A stretch of DNA of 62,314 nt, counting the filler, from Streblomastix strix (Eukaryota), in the NCBI GenBank assembly GCA_008636045.1. It is 3 parts of 3 records of this genome, joined end to end, with 100 filler letters (N's around TTAATTAATTAA, not from the genome) between each part and the next. Parts side by side here need not be neighbours in the genome. Positions count along the whole stretch, not along the records: positions 20,823 to 41,532 come from SNRW01000419.1; positions 41,633 to 62,314 come from SNRW01000420.1; 1 more part is not named here. The stretch is one strand, 5' to 3'. A program made the position numbers and the translations under genes. The notes beneath the pieces were generated by a model. It searched no databases and was not told where the DNA came from. It worked only from the letters and a program-made list of their open reading frames with translations. Shown here one piece after another: positions 39,092 through 52,900 of this stretch. Numbering within the stretch: position 1 is the first letter of the stretch; every line of letters starts with the position of its first letter.

Positions 39092-39460
39092 ATGAATAAA
39101 CTTAGTTTAATCATTAATGTAATGAATTACATGTTTTATGGGGCTAATTTTGAAACATCAATTATTTCTATGTCAATTCCTGATAAATTAATGGATACAG
39201 TTAATGTAGTAAAAACATTATGGAGTGATTTTGATATTGTATTTGTTCCATTAAATATAAAGATTTATATTATACAATTCTTTTACAAAAGAAAAATGGA
39301 TAAAAATTAACTACGCATTCATTTGTCTTAGCTATCGGTAGAATAAATTGAAACGTTTTTGAAAGAAGCAGTAGCTAATAAAGATTTATAATTTGCAACT
39401 CATTGGAGATATATCTTGTATCTTAAAATGTTAAGCTAACCAAATAAATAATTTTTTTGA
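39092..39460 (+). CDS. Uncharacterised element protein, 122 aa
   Basis: Open ATG..TGA frame MNKLSLIINVMNYMFYG...ATHWRYILYLKMLSQPNKQFF. Confidence 0.6.
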
Positions 39461-39809
39461 AAAATAATAAATAGGTGAGATGTATAGTTTAGCAGCAACA
39501 ATTGGAGATAAGTATGATGCATCTGATTATGAGATATTCAAAATATTTTAGGCACTTAATACGAATACTGTAATTCCATGGAAATTTATGGTTGAGTTAG
39601 ATTAAAAGGATAAAAGTAGATATAATGTGAGGTTGTCACATTTTCACTTTTGTCCTCACGATCCAATGTAAGATAAAATTAAAGATATTATCGAATATAT
39701 ATAACAGGTCAACAATCTTATTATTTTAGATTAAATTAACTAACCTGATTCTCAAATCCCACTTAGTGAGCAGAGCTTAGTGGAGCTCAAACCTACGGTT
39801 TCAACATTA

Positions 39810-40357
39810 AGAGGAGCCTTCTGAAGAGTGTAGCAATTGACAAAGTTACTGTATTACTCATCTATCTAAAATTAATTGTAAATCTATTTTTCTTCTTCGC
39901 TAGCTTCAGAAATAATGTAATTCTTTATTTGTTATAATTAATTGTTTATATCTAATGACTTTTTGATTAATAGGTATTTATTTTTGAAGTACTTACACTA
40001 TTCATTAAATAACTTATTTTTATCATCTTCTTCATCAACCATTTTCTATATATTTTATAATTATTGTTATTGATTATTGAACATTTTATTCATTCTCATT
40101 AATTCTTAGAGTAATGGATGGATTGATTCTTTTACATCATTCTTTAACAAATTTTAAAATGCATCAATTGTAACTTTAATTGTATCGCAATCTTAGAAAT
40201 GAGATTTAACTAATTCATTGAATAATTGTTTGATCGATTGTGTTACAGCTTTTTCCATTTAGTTCATAATCAAAGATTCCAATCAATGATTGGCGAATCG
40301 AAGATTCTCTAACAACTTAGTTATTAAAAACAAATTATAATCAAAGAACCTGTCCAT
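39810..40357 (-). pseudogene. Helical element protein overlapping the fibre stop
   Basis: MDRFFDYNLFL...(one TGA)...NQMEKAVTQSIKQLFNELVKSHF... Confidence 0.45.
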
Positions 40358-41443
40358 TAAAAGCTAATGTATCTCCATCGGCATTGATTTTTAAACCTCT
40401 GTTTGCAACCTTTTAATCAATAGTTCTGCATATAGTCAATGAACCATCAGGTCTTTTAAGTATTGTACATTGACCATCAATCTCTCCTGATGAACTGGTA
40501 GAAGAAGTTCCAATATAAATAGCTCAAATATTACTAATAGCAGTGTTTCCTATTCATAATCCTTCACCATATGATACTGCCGATGGATTTATTTACATAT
40601 TACCCGAAGTAACACCTGCAAATGAATCAGATGAACCTGCATTTAAAACATAATTAGTGACTAATTTAGAATCAGGGTATTATGTACTTAAATTACTTCC
40701 CTATTAATTAATATATAATAGTGTGCCATTCGGTAAACTAGTATCAATGGTTAATATCATTTAGTTACTATTTATCATCTACTCCATGTAATTATTGTAA
40801 TTATTAATTTATAATAATCGATAATTTGATTCAGTTTGCTATATTTCCAATTGATTATTTTTAAATTTTTTTCTACCAGTAATCGTTTAATCAGTTCCAA
40901 CATCCATTTATTCATTGCCATTAAATTTTATTTTTGAACTATCACTATTAATACTTAATCCAACACAATGATCATATTATCTTAATGAACTAGGTACTAT
41001 AGTTAATGCGTCATCATTATTTTTACTAACGTCCCATTATCCAGTTATTGTTCCACTAATTGTTGAATTACTACATGCTAAATACAATGATGATTCATTC
41101 ATATAATTTCCTATTCCAATTCAATTATTATAATTTGATTTCAATCGTTCTGTTGGATTAACTTATAAAACATTTTATATTATTCCTCCGTATCCAAAAT
41201 TATAATTTGTCGGTATTTATGTTCCACTTGAAACTGAAGTAACTACATCTTACGTTAATATCTCAGTGATTCTATTGGTATAATAAGTGCTTTAATCAGT
41301 TACCACAACTGTTAATGTACCAGTTGTTTCTAATCTAATATATGCAGAATAAAAAGCTGCAGTTCTTGATCCAGTATGAGTATGAAATGGTTAATTTGCA
41401 CCATTATAAATCAAATATTATGAAGTAACTCTAGTTGGAGCAT
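40341..41443 (-). pseudogene. Fibre-like protein, C-terminal part
   Basis: DVGTDQTITGRKKF shaft motif flanked by two copies of a beta-module (NP...G.RIGN...GQW.....L.I...GL.IN.D....FNG); internal TGAs and a frameshift. Confidence 0.6.
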
Positions 41444-41532
41444 TAAATACCGACAAATTATAATTTTGGATACGGAGGAATAATATAAAATGTTTTATAA
41501 GTTAATCCAACAGAACGATTGAAATCAAATTA
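41131..41532. repeat. Perfect 89-bp inverted repeat (41131-41219 / 41444-41532) reaching the contig end
   Basis: The two arms are exact reverse complements; probable fold-back amplification chimera. Confidence 0.9.
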
Positions 41533-41632
41533 NNNNNNNNNNNNNNNNNNNNNNNNNNNNNNNNNNNNNNNNNNNNTTAATTAATTAANNNNNNNNNNNN
41601 NNNNNNNNNNNNNNNNNNNNNNNNNNNNNNNN
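41533..41632. other. Artificial contig linker
   Basis: 44 N + TTAATTAATTAA + 44 N. Confidence 0.97.
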
Positions 41633-44600
41633 TCCCATCGCTCTTGGAATTGGCGCAAACCAATGCTCACCATACTTCTGGAGCCATCCAGCATCGCTTG
41701 CGTCTCCACCGCGTTGTTTCCCAAGTATCTCCAATTGTCTGTTGATTCCGCATATTCCTGGACCTCGCCAATGATCGATTCTCACTCGAAGTTTCCCCAA
41801 ATGTTTGAATGGAAATGGTTGTGAATTCCTCAGATCTGAGGCGCGGATGACTGAATGAACTGCTTGGCTCCATGTTGATGCAAGTGATGGGAATGGACTC
41901 CAGATATCGACACTTTGCTCTACAGATCCTTGCGATTAGGCTAATTAATATAATATAAATAAATAATGAAATAATGAATTAATAAATTTGTTTGTTATTA
42001 AATAATAGATAATACTTTACTATCCAGTTTACTCATCTGATAGTCCAGCCAGTGCAGCGAGCGATACAAATGCAGATCCAAATAACATATGATCTCGCAT
42101 ATCAAATATATCAATTTGAATCATTCTCTCATAAAGTGCTTCTACAAGAGTTCTACTGGAGTTCTGTTGTGATGGAAAACAATCTCCAGCAACTCTAAAA
42201 GGAAGAACATTTGGAATTGCATTTGTTGGAACTGTGAACTCGGATGTTGTTTCAAGACATTGAGTTATACTCACACATGCACCTTCTGGTTATCCTTCTT
42301 CATTTAGCTTTCTGATGAATAAAAATATATATATATTAATAAAAGTTAATAATTATCACTAATTCAATATTTATAATATTAATATCATACACAGTATAAG
42401 GTTTAATATCATATTCCCGCTATCTCTTATTCACATTAACATATCCAACTCCGCTCCATACACGTCTCGCATTGTGCAACCTAAGCGTGAAATACGGCAG
42501 TGGTGGTAAATCTGCAGCAAACCCATCAATCTTAGTCAATCCGCATCTCTCTAATTTCAAGAAGCAGAACCTGATGAAACTGCTGAGCCCATCTTTACGT
42601 TCACTGCGACGCACAGCTCTGACTACAACTGGCGGTCCTGTAAGAAGAGGTCGCATTACACGCTCAATACGAAGTGCTATCATTGTTGGCCAACGACCAG
42701 TCTGAATTATGTATAAATAAAATAAAATAATAATAAAAATTTAATATTAAAGTGAATTGTTTGATTTTATAATTTATTATTTAATCATAAATATATCTCA
42801 AATACTCCTTCATACTTTAGGTATCGCTCTTGGTGTTGGTTCAACCTCAACAATTTTCTCAACAACAGGTTCAGGTTTTTACTCTTCAATGACAACTTCT
42901 TATTTCTTCTCTTTAGGTGCTTTTTTTCTCCCCCATCTTGGAACCAGATAAACAGGCAATCTTTCATATTCACCAAGAGTACCCAAAACAGTCTTGAATC
43001 TGATATACAGTTATTGTTATGTTTATGAACTGAATAGCGGCTATGAAGAAGGTGAAAATTCAGGCCCACAAGTATATACACTTATTTATTTGGGATGAAG
43101 GATATTGAACGGTGTGAATTTCTCAGTTGATAAAGATTTGTAAGAAGCTCTTTATCTATAATTGTATTCACTTCCCAGATGGAAATCAATCGCTCTAAGA
43201 CCAATTCGAAGTCCCTTTCCAGCTCTGTTTGCACGACCACCTGCATTAACATTGATGTTGTTGTTCCTAACTGAACTGGGACCCCCATTTCTAGAAGTTG
43301 TTATAGTTGCTATTTGTCCAACTCTTTGCGGTCCTCTTCTGTTCTCTTCAGATCGAATACCACGTTCTGCATCATAGACCCAACGACCATCAATGCCTGA
43401 AAGAAATGTATATAAAATAACACATAAATTAAAAATTGATCAATTTATTAAAATAGTTAATGGAATAATAATTTATTAAAATGATCAATCCAATTTATAT
43501 ATCCACAATCGTATTCAAATATATTATACTCTAACCTTCATACAAAACACTCAGCTCCCCACCAGTATCCAAATATATCTTCGTATTCTTCATCCATCTA
43601 TCTCCAACACCCAACTGTTTCCCAATGACTTCATTCACACCCAGTGATGGAAATCCAATCAAAGTTCTCCTTCTCAAATAACGAAGTCTTCTTCTGAGTC
43701 CTTCTCCATCTGTGATGCGGTTTCTTCTTTTGTCTCCGATTGTTATGGCTTTGATCAGATTCTTTCCTTTTTGTTTGGTACTTCTTTTATTGTTATTCTT
43801 AATCAATTTCTAACTTCCCTTCAAATACATCGATCCTGATTCATCCAGACCAAATTGATCTTCATCATCATCTTCATCATAATCATCTTCATCACTCGAA
43901 CTAACTCCAACTTCATCAATAACATCTGAATCTGACTCATTCTCATCTTCATTCTCTCCAAACTTCTTCCTCACATTCACAAATGGTTTGTATGAGCACC
44001 ATCCACCCCAGACCTCCTGTTCTACTAGTTCAAGTATACCAACTGATGGAACTGACTTACCATACTACTTTCCTTTTCCTGTGAAAGTTCCTGGAGTTGG
44101 TTTCTTCTTCTTTTTCTTAGTTTTGTCCTTTTCTTCGGGTTCTTTCTATAGAATCTGTGCATTCACTGGAACTGATACCCTGAAAACAACTGCAAAGATC
44201 AGCCTAGTTAATGGATGTGCATAAACACCAGGAATAACCAGAGAACTATTCCCAACCAGTTTATACACATTGATCCCTTATTATGAGCTACCTCCTCTAT
44301 TAGCCAATCTTTGTCCACCAGTTGGTCTTCCTTCAGATCCAGATGGTATTATATCCCTTCCTTTACCTGAGCTCCAAACTATGCGTTATCCATCATGGAT
44401 GAAGTAGACTACACGACGACCTATGATCTGGACATAGCGACAGTCATCTGAAGGAATGAATGAGTGAGAAAATTGATATTTGTTTTATAAATAAGAATGA
44501 ATAGTAGAAAAATGAATCAATACAAAAAATATTCGTTTTAAATATAACATAATATAATATTTATATATATCATTAATATATAACATATATTCTATCACAC

Positions 44601-46540
44601 CTTCTTTCACTCCCTATTCCATCTACCTCACATAATCCAAGTGCTTCTTCATCCTCTCTTCATAACCATGGGGAACACAGATCTCAAATTAAGCCAACTT
44701 AAACTGCAATGTTGGAGTCTTTGCAGGTTTCAGTAAATGTACCCCCCATACCCAGGGATTTCGCATAGAAAGACCTCGAGTCAATTCATAGCCTTTTAAG
44801 ACAGCACCGTTACATCCGCCATACCACATCTGTGATCCATACCCAGTGTTAATACCAATTGCACCGCATAACTCCAAGACTTGAAGCATTCTCTGTTCTT
44901 TACCTGCTTCTTCTGCTAATAGTCTTCCTAAAGCTCCTATATCAAGTTCGCCCCAGAAGAATTTGTTCAGCCAGCTTTCTTCGCCAAGTCCACTCACATA
45001 CTTGGATTCATATGCACTTTCATATTGAGCCATGCGTTAGTTTGAGTATTTATCTAATTGTAATTTTTTGACTGAATTTCTGCTTGTTTTGGATTATTTG
45101 TTGGTTCTTGATTTATTATTATTTCTAAAATTTTCTAAAGTATCATCTTCATTATCATGATCTGTAGTGGAATCAACAACTGATTCATAATCCCAATCTT
45201 AATCTTCTTCATTCTCTATTGCAATTCCATCATCGCTGGTTTTCTTCATTCTTCTCTTATTTTTATTATCTTTTTCATTCAATGATACTTTTGATTATTT
45301 TTATTATTTTAACGGATTCACCGTCAGTGATTCAATTGTTCTTTGCAATAATTCCTCTTTTGACCTCTAATAATCCTCTTTCAGCAACTCTCTCAGATGC
45401 TTCAGATATTCTTCGATCTTCTTCCTTTCATTTTCTTTGTTCTCAGAATTTGATCTTTATTTGTTATCATCAGAACTAGATCCGTATTTTGTTATAGCAT
45501 CTTCCTTTTCAACGACAACTTCACCCTGATCTCCAACTCGTTCAAATATGTGCCCACTGTCGCGAAGTCTTTCTTTTTAGGTTCTTTTCTTTATTGTTCT
45601 TCGTGGTGCTATTCCTTATTCTTATATTTATTATTTGTCTTATTCGTCCGTATCATATCCATCCAGATTAAGCAGTTTTGCTTCTAATTTTTATATCTCG
45701 TATTTTATCTCCTGTTTGAAGCATCTTCTTAAGATTGTTACAATATGAGGTGAAAGTAGTCCAGCATGCCCAAATGCACCATTTCGCTGCTCCATTACTA
45801 CTCCTTCACCAACAATTCCTCGGAAACGACGAAGTTGATCGTGTCGCATAACAGTTAGTGTCAAACTCCCAGCTTCACCTTGGCCTTCATCGACATCAGC
45901 TGTTAATAAAATAAAAATAGAACATAAATACTTTCAAAATTTATAATAAAATTTCAATTAAAACCTCCTTAAGAAACAGCTCCTGAAAAGAGAATTCCTC
46001 GAGGAGTCCCAAAGCTCAGCTCTAAAATTATTCTTTTGCTATAAAGGGACTTTGTATCGCATTCAGCAACATCTCTTAAGTCATTCCCATGCCCAACATC
46101 GACAATAGTCCATCCAAGGCCAACTTCTTTTACCACGCGATTCAACAAATCCAGTTCTGCAAATTAAAATATAAAGTTGAAAATTATCTACAAAATATGT
46201 TAGAAATAGCTTACCTACAAGTACAACTTCTAATACAAGCACAGCAGTCGTATGTTCTCCAAGCATCAAGAAAATGAAATCCTGTAGTTCGCACGAATAT
46301 AATCCTGTGCCATCATCTTGACTCTCATGTAGTTGGAACTCTCCTGTTTCACCAATCCAAACCCTTTGTTCTGGATCAAACATTGACGCAAGGACGCGAT
46401 AAAAATAAAAGTTTTCATTTTCCTCTCGCTATATAAGTATAAAATTAAAATAGTAAATTAATTTATTATTAAATTCCTACCATATTTCTAAATTCGTTTA
46501 TTCCATGTGCAGCATGCACGAATACACAGAAAGCTGACAT
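41633..46540 (-). CDS. NPHP4: Nephrocystin-4-like ciliary transition-zone C2-domain protein (multi-exon, 3' end missing)
   Basis: Spliced reading MSAFCVFVHAAHG..., AVLVLEVV, EVGLGW, LSFGTPRGIL, LQVLELCGAIGINTGYG, PYFTLRLH, LYERMIQIDIFDMRDHMLFGSAFV and GKLRVRI, in the order of the NPHP4 conserved blocks; AT-rich GT-AG introns (e.g. 46480-46429). Confidence 0.75.
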
Positions 46541-46902
46541 TTTCTAGACAATGCACTTATACTGCTTCTAATTTACATATTTTTTGATGAAATGATTTTT
46601 ATTTATTTATCAACATGTAAATTACAATCAATTTTAATTAAATTAACGACTTTTCTGATAAATCAGGCTGAAACAGGCTAATTCAAATTAATGGCTCCGT
46701 ATAGATTCATCCATATTTTATAACACTATATAAAAATTAATTTATTTAATATGCTCCTTGATAAATATATAACTATATCAATTTGATTTATTTATAAATT
46801 GTATCTTGGGTAGGAACGATTTTATATTTTAGCTTTTAATTCCCTTTTTTGTCGTTCATTTTCCAACTATTTCTTTATTATTATTGTATTTTCTTATGTA
46901 GA

Positions 46903-49900
46903 ATGGACAACTTCAGAAGGAGTGACGAAGAACGAAAAGACGTTTTCTATCTTGAAACCCTAGCACTCCCAGGAGAAATTCAATCGATGGTTGTTGGTCG
47001 TTTCTTCGACAAGAACGTCGAGACGCTAGTTCTAGCAAAGGTCTATATATTTTTTTAAGTAATTCAAAATAATTATTCAACTTTCCTATTATTACTCAGT
47101 CTACATACCTGAGCATCTTCCAAAACAACGAAGAAGAAGACAGCTACGATTTCGTGGATCATATCTAAGTTTACAAGGAAGTTTACTGCCTCTGTACATC
47201 TGTGCAACCTCACAGGTTATTATTATTTATTCTTTTATTTATTATTTATATTGAAATAATACTATTTATATTGCAATTAAACTCTAATTAGTTTGGATTG
47301 TCTATTTGTATTATCAATTGGTGGAGAATGGCTTTTGCTTTAATGGAATAAAACACGATTCTTCCCTCTTGCTACTGGTTCATTATTAAAAGCCATCTAA
47401 CCTTTAATGAAAACACCAGAATAACGCCGTTTTCGACTTGATCCAGTATGAACTTTATTTTTGTTACATGTTTTTTTTTATGTATCTTTTTTGATCTTTT
47501 ATAAATCAGTCATTCTAATGGGCAGTATCTGTTGTTCCAATCACAGACAATTCTCCTCGTTTCTTTACATGACCTCCTCCTAAACCTGATGCGAAACGAG
47601 CCTCTGGTTAAACTTAACCAATTATTTGTATCTCTTTTCGTGCAATAATTGTTGTTGACGAAACAGTGTTTGTTGGAGTCAAATATGATGGACCCGATGC
47701 AATCTTTTTATCAGAAATCAAAGCCGACTTCTCATCTACCTTAAAGAAATTCCCAGATAAATATGGATATTTTGATACAGACTTTAATTAAGGGCATAAA
47801 TAAAGGAATTTGAACATCGTTATTAAGAATGGACTTGAGAATGAATGGAAAATATAGTAACAAATTGACAAGAATAAGAAAGATTTATGTATTGCAAATG
47901 CAGATACATTCATATTCTTCGAAGACGATGAATATTAGTCAAAATTCAATATCTTAGAAAATGAAAATAAACAAAGAAACATAAACATACATCCACATTA
48001 ACAAAATAACTACATTTCAATGTTTGAATCGATTAATAGAGTTCGTCATCTTTCATTCACAACATCAATGCGACTGATGCCATTCCCAATTAGAAAGAAA
48101 CCTTATATTATGCCTTCATTCCAGTTCAATGATCCTTTAAATAGAGAAAGAGATGGAGAAGTTGCAGGACCCGGATTGAGCGAAGTTTAGAATCACGGTA
48201 GGATTCAACTCCCTGAATATGTATCACCAGACATTCAAAGTCAGAAATCAAATCATAATCAATAAATAAACGATTATAAGGCATCATCAAACTATTCTGG
48301 ATCAGATATTGACAATAACCAGTTATGCTGCACAACAACAATGGCATTGGTAGATTAACCAGTTGGGACATCTGCTATCTCGTTATTATTTGACTTTAAA
48401 CACCATCACATTTCACTTCACTCATTCATAATAGTTTCACTTCCACCTTCTTCATCACGTATTATGCCAGTAATTGATGAGAACAGAGTAATGAAAACAT
48501 TGAAAGGAGTTGGTATCGAACCGATGGTGCGTGTTCATACTGGAAACGTGAATGTTGTGAAAGGCGCATTAATGAAGAACAATGAATACTTAAAAGACTA
48601 TTATTCAAAAGGAAATTAAGTTGTATAAAATGATGAAGATAATAATCTCCTTGATTATTCTTAAACTAATCACAATTCAAAATAAAATTCAATTTCACAC
48701 TCTTCTACTAATACACAAAGAGAAAAAAATATTTAACATTCAAATTCATAAACATAATCAATTAATCAACTATATAAATATACCTGCAAATAATAATTCA
48801 GAGTCAAATCATTCATAATCACATTTCCAAATAGAAATATTCACAAACATCATAAGAAAAATAAAAATCATAATGAATAATTACCACTTAAAGAATCATT
48901 AATTTCAATCAGCTCAAACAAAGAAAATTTGAATAATGTTAACAATTTGCAATTAACAATCGAAAAATAAGAAAATTTTGATAATTAAGATCATAATTCA
49001 CTCATATTTATAAATAATCCTTCAAATTTATTAGGAAATAATAAATTTATTGGAAATGAACCAATTCCAAACTTTCATCCTTTTCTCATTATAGGTTCAA
49101 TCTCGTTTGGATTATTTACATCACATTTGACTCTTCTTACATTATTATTTCCAATTCCTTTTACATAACCACCTATGAGTGTTTTATATGCTGGAGGATA
49201 AGAATAAGATCAAAAGAATAATATTAGCTAACCTCCTAAATCTTCAAAGAAGAAAAAATCTAAATTAATTCATAAAAATGATTCACAAAAAGAATTAAGA
49301 TCGATGGATAAATTTATAATATCTTCTGGAAAATCATTATTGATAATAACTAATGGATAAATATAATATCTTTAATACCCATTCAAATGGTTCAATGAAC
49401 TAGTAATGACTAATGGAGCCAATTGGCATCAACAAATTATTTCTCCTTAACATTCTTCAGCATCGACATAATCAACATCTTCTTATTCGTCATAATCTAT
49501 TTCATAACAATTGACTTCAAACATTTAAATATAACACAATTTAGATAAAGATATTTAAAGTATAAGTTCATAATCATTATATGATTCAAATAATTAAAAG
49601 AGTAATTAGAAAGACTTTAAATTAAAGATCTGATCATCAATGCTATTCATTATTTCAGCCTCCAACTCATCAATGATAGTTGATTTGAGCTCTGGAAGTT
49701 TCTTTGAGTTTCCTGGAAAAGAAACTAACCTGAAAGAACTTGGAGAAGGAGGATCTGAAGATTTCTAATACAATCCCACATGGGTGAGTAGCGTAACTCC
49801 ACTTCCTAAATATTCATTCTCTCCACACCATTCATAAAATGATAGATTCATTCTTGGAGTTGGAAATGGGAGGACAGGAGCTTTGCATTGCGTCACATAA

Positions 49901-52900
49901 GGAAGGAAGATGCAAATGATAATGCAAGGTAAATGGTATGCAAATCTTCCAAAGCTATTTACAACTAAAGCATATTCTGGAGCAAAACTTCATTCATTAC
50001 TGTTGGTTGAAGAAGAAATATTATAATAAATTAAAAACAATGATTAGAATGAAGAAATAAATAAAAATATGAAATAATTGAATTAAATATAAGAATCAGA
50101 TTCATTAATTTCCACATTCGATGCAGGTAAAAATATCCAACAAATATATTAATCATCTGTCTATTAATTACATGAAGATACAGTTGAATTAATTGATCCA
50201 TCAACTGTGGGAATTGATAATAAAAATAAAACACTTGCACTTGGAGCAGCTCATGGTGCATATATACAAATAACGACCTCAGAAGTTCGTATAATTCCAA
50301 CTGTTCACTTTTCTATGCATCTCACAAATAGGATATAATAATAATCTTAATAACAATAATAGAATTCGCCAATAAATATAAATCCACAAACTCTTTATAA
50401 GAATAAATAAGATTCAAAAGATGATAAGAATTAATAAATATAATCTGAATATATCGGATATGATGTTTCACATGGCACTGCATGGCTTGCTCCAAAATTA
50501 TTATCTGAGGATGAATGTCAACTAAAGATCAACAATTTTAATCAGAATCATTCATCTCAAAATCGAGAATATTAATCTTCTTCACAAGGAATTTAAGGTG
50601 AATCAACATAGAGAGTAAAATTTGATTGTGCATGCATTACAGATAATTTGATAGCAGTATCATATAAATGTGTCGTAATCGTATTAATATGGAATCCATC
50701 AAAGGTTCAATATACACCAATTGTAACAGGTTCCATTTCATTAACAGGAAACCGCCCATAAATTCAACAACATCCTGCTATTGTTCATCCTGTTGCAACT
50801 CTTTGCTTTCCTTCACCAGTTAAAACACTTGCAGCATCAACAATCTGCACTCGATCATTTCTTGTAGTTGGATGTGATTAACCTCCAGCTGTCTTTCTAT
50901 TTCGATTAGAAACACTTCAAATTGCGAATGAAACAGAAGGATCTAGAAAGAAAATGTGGGATGAAGGAGAATAATTGTTGAATAATATGAAATATCAAAT
51001 TGTATATCCTACTATACAACGCCCAAATCCAACTCTTATTATTAATAATGGAATGAAAAGCTAATCCAACTCCAATATAGAAAATAAACATTAAATTCAA
51101 ATTGGAGATGGAAATTAATGTGCAATTTTGAATAGCTATATTAAATCGAATAAAGAAGAATAATTAAAAGAAAATGAATTATATATAAACCAACTCAGGT
51201 TTATTGAAGTCTTGAGTGGATCGCATTAATATGTTGAAGTACAATATTCTTCAAATGCATCAGTGACAAGATTACTTGATTTGTTTCTATTTGACATTCC
51301 CGAGCAAGTTCTTCTTACGACATTTAATCGTTAAGTACGAATTAAAACTTCCAATGAATATGACACAAATTAATCTAATAATCATATTGATTATGAAACT
51401 TCTTAGCAACTTGGAAAATAACGCACATAATATATGTCTGATGAAAATACACTATAATAAAATTATTTTAATAATGAAGGAGCAATTTTGATGATTGCGG
51501 GATATAATGGTTAATTATCGACAGCAATCCTTCCTCTAAATATATTGATCAACTTTCCACCGATCTAACATAAAACTGAGAGATATTTTAATTCAGATTA
51601 AATATTCTTCCCATCTTTAATTACTACATTAAAATTATCTCCTTAATCAATGAAAATGATTGAAGATGAAGGAACTGTATATATTTATGGTGACAGAACA
51701 TCTGCTCTAACTTGGAATTATTAAACTGGAATGATAACATGGACTAGTTTAGAATGTTCTGGAATGATTCATTCACTAATGCCAATGCATGTAGTTGAAG
51801 AAGAATAAATTTCTCAAACAAATTAAGATCAAACATTCAGCGAACTAAGTGAAAAAAGCAGCTTAGAAGCATCAGTGCATAGTTCTGTTGAGAATTCAAT
51901 TGATAAGACACCAACACCACATCCTACACTTGCATGGATCGATTTTGTTGACCGAAAGTTAACATTCGGAACTGTTGATCAACGTCGTGTTATTCTCCGA
52001 AATATCAAAGATCTTCCTTCTTTACCTTTAGCGATATCGCATATTCCAACTATGCACTGTATTGCAGTTCTATGTAGAGAATATCCATAATATCCTTACT
52101 TAAACAAAATTAAGAATTCGGATGATGAATTTGAAACCAAAGATTTTTTCAACGAAGATGGAAAAGACTAAAACGATACAAAATAATAAAAACCAAGATA
52201 TGATAAAATGAAAAACATTGATTATGAAAATTATTAATCTGTTATTGGACTTGGATTGGATGTATCTGCTATTGTTGGATCGGATAGTCAAATGTTCATG
52301 CCCTTCCACGAAATATTCCACAACTTTTTGTAAGAAAGATAAAAGATTTAGAAAAATGAATAAAATTAAGAAATTAATTCAACATCTTAATCTGATATTA
52401 ATAATAAAAGTATAAATAAATATTTTAATGAAAAAGATGAATAATTTAACAAATACTCATCTTACCAGCTAGCTAGTTAATATTTCCACGAATCAATTCC
52501 AGAGCGAGATGTGAAAGGAGATTTATTCATTGATATAGCTGCAGATTGGTATATAGAGTCTCATTCAAAACATTTCAAAGATTATCGGCCTAAGAGACTA
52601 CCACCATATAAGTACAATGCCCCAAAGATCACACTATGTTATTCGCACAAAACTTAATTCTGCGTATCTTATCCACACTCCCTTTCTACATTGAATGTGA
52701 TAAAAGCACTTGAGAACCAGAATCCTCGATTTAGTATTACACAGAAACAATATATGTACATGGCTAATAACGAACTTCAATTGATAAAAGATATAACATA
52801 TGAGTATAAAAGAAAAGAAAGGAATATAGAAATGAATCAATATTTACCTTTTTCATCTGATGATTAATTTTTATAAATAAATTCTTAATTATAATCATTA

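Larger units (their letters stand above)
29973..41532. mobile_element. Endogenous Polinton/Maverick-like virus region B (partial)
   Basis: Integrase, putative penton, pPolB, packaging ATPase and fibre in a compact intronless array with very short intergenic spaces. Confidence 0.9.

Noticed and set aside
41131..41532. Shufflon-like invertible fibre tip
   Set aside because: No recombinase is seen, the arms are long perfect copies of coding sequence and the repeat ends at the contig end; an artefact is more parsimonious.
1..41532. Bacterial prophage or symbiont contamination
   Set aside because: The genes use the host TAR=Gln code, belong to eukaryotic Polinton-type families and share contigs with host gene fragments.
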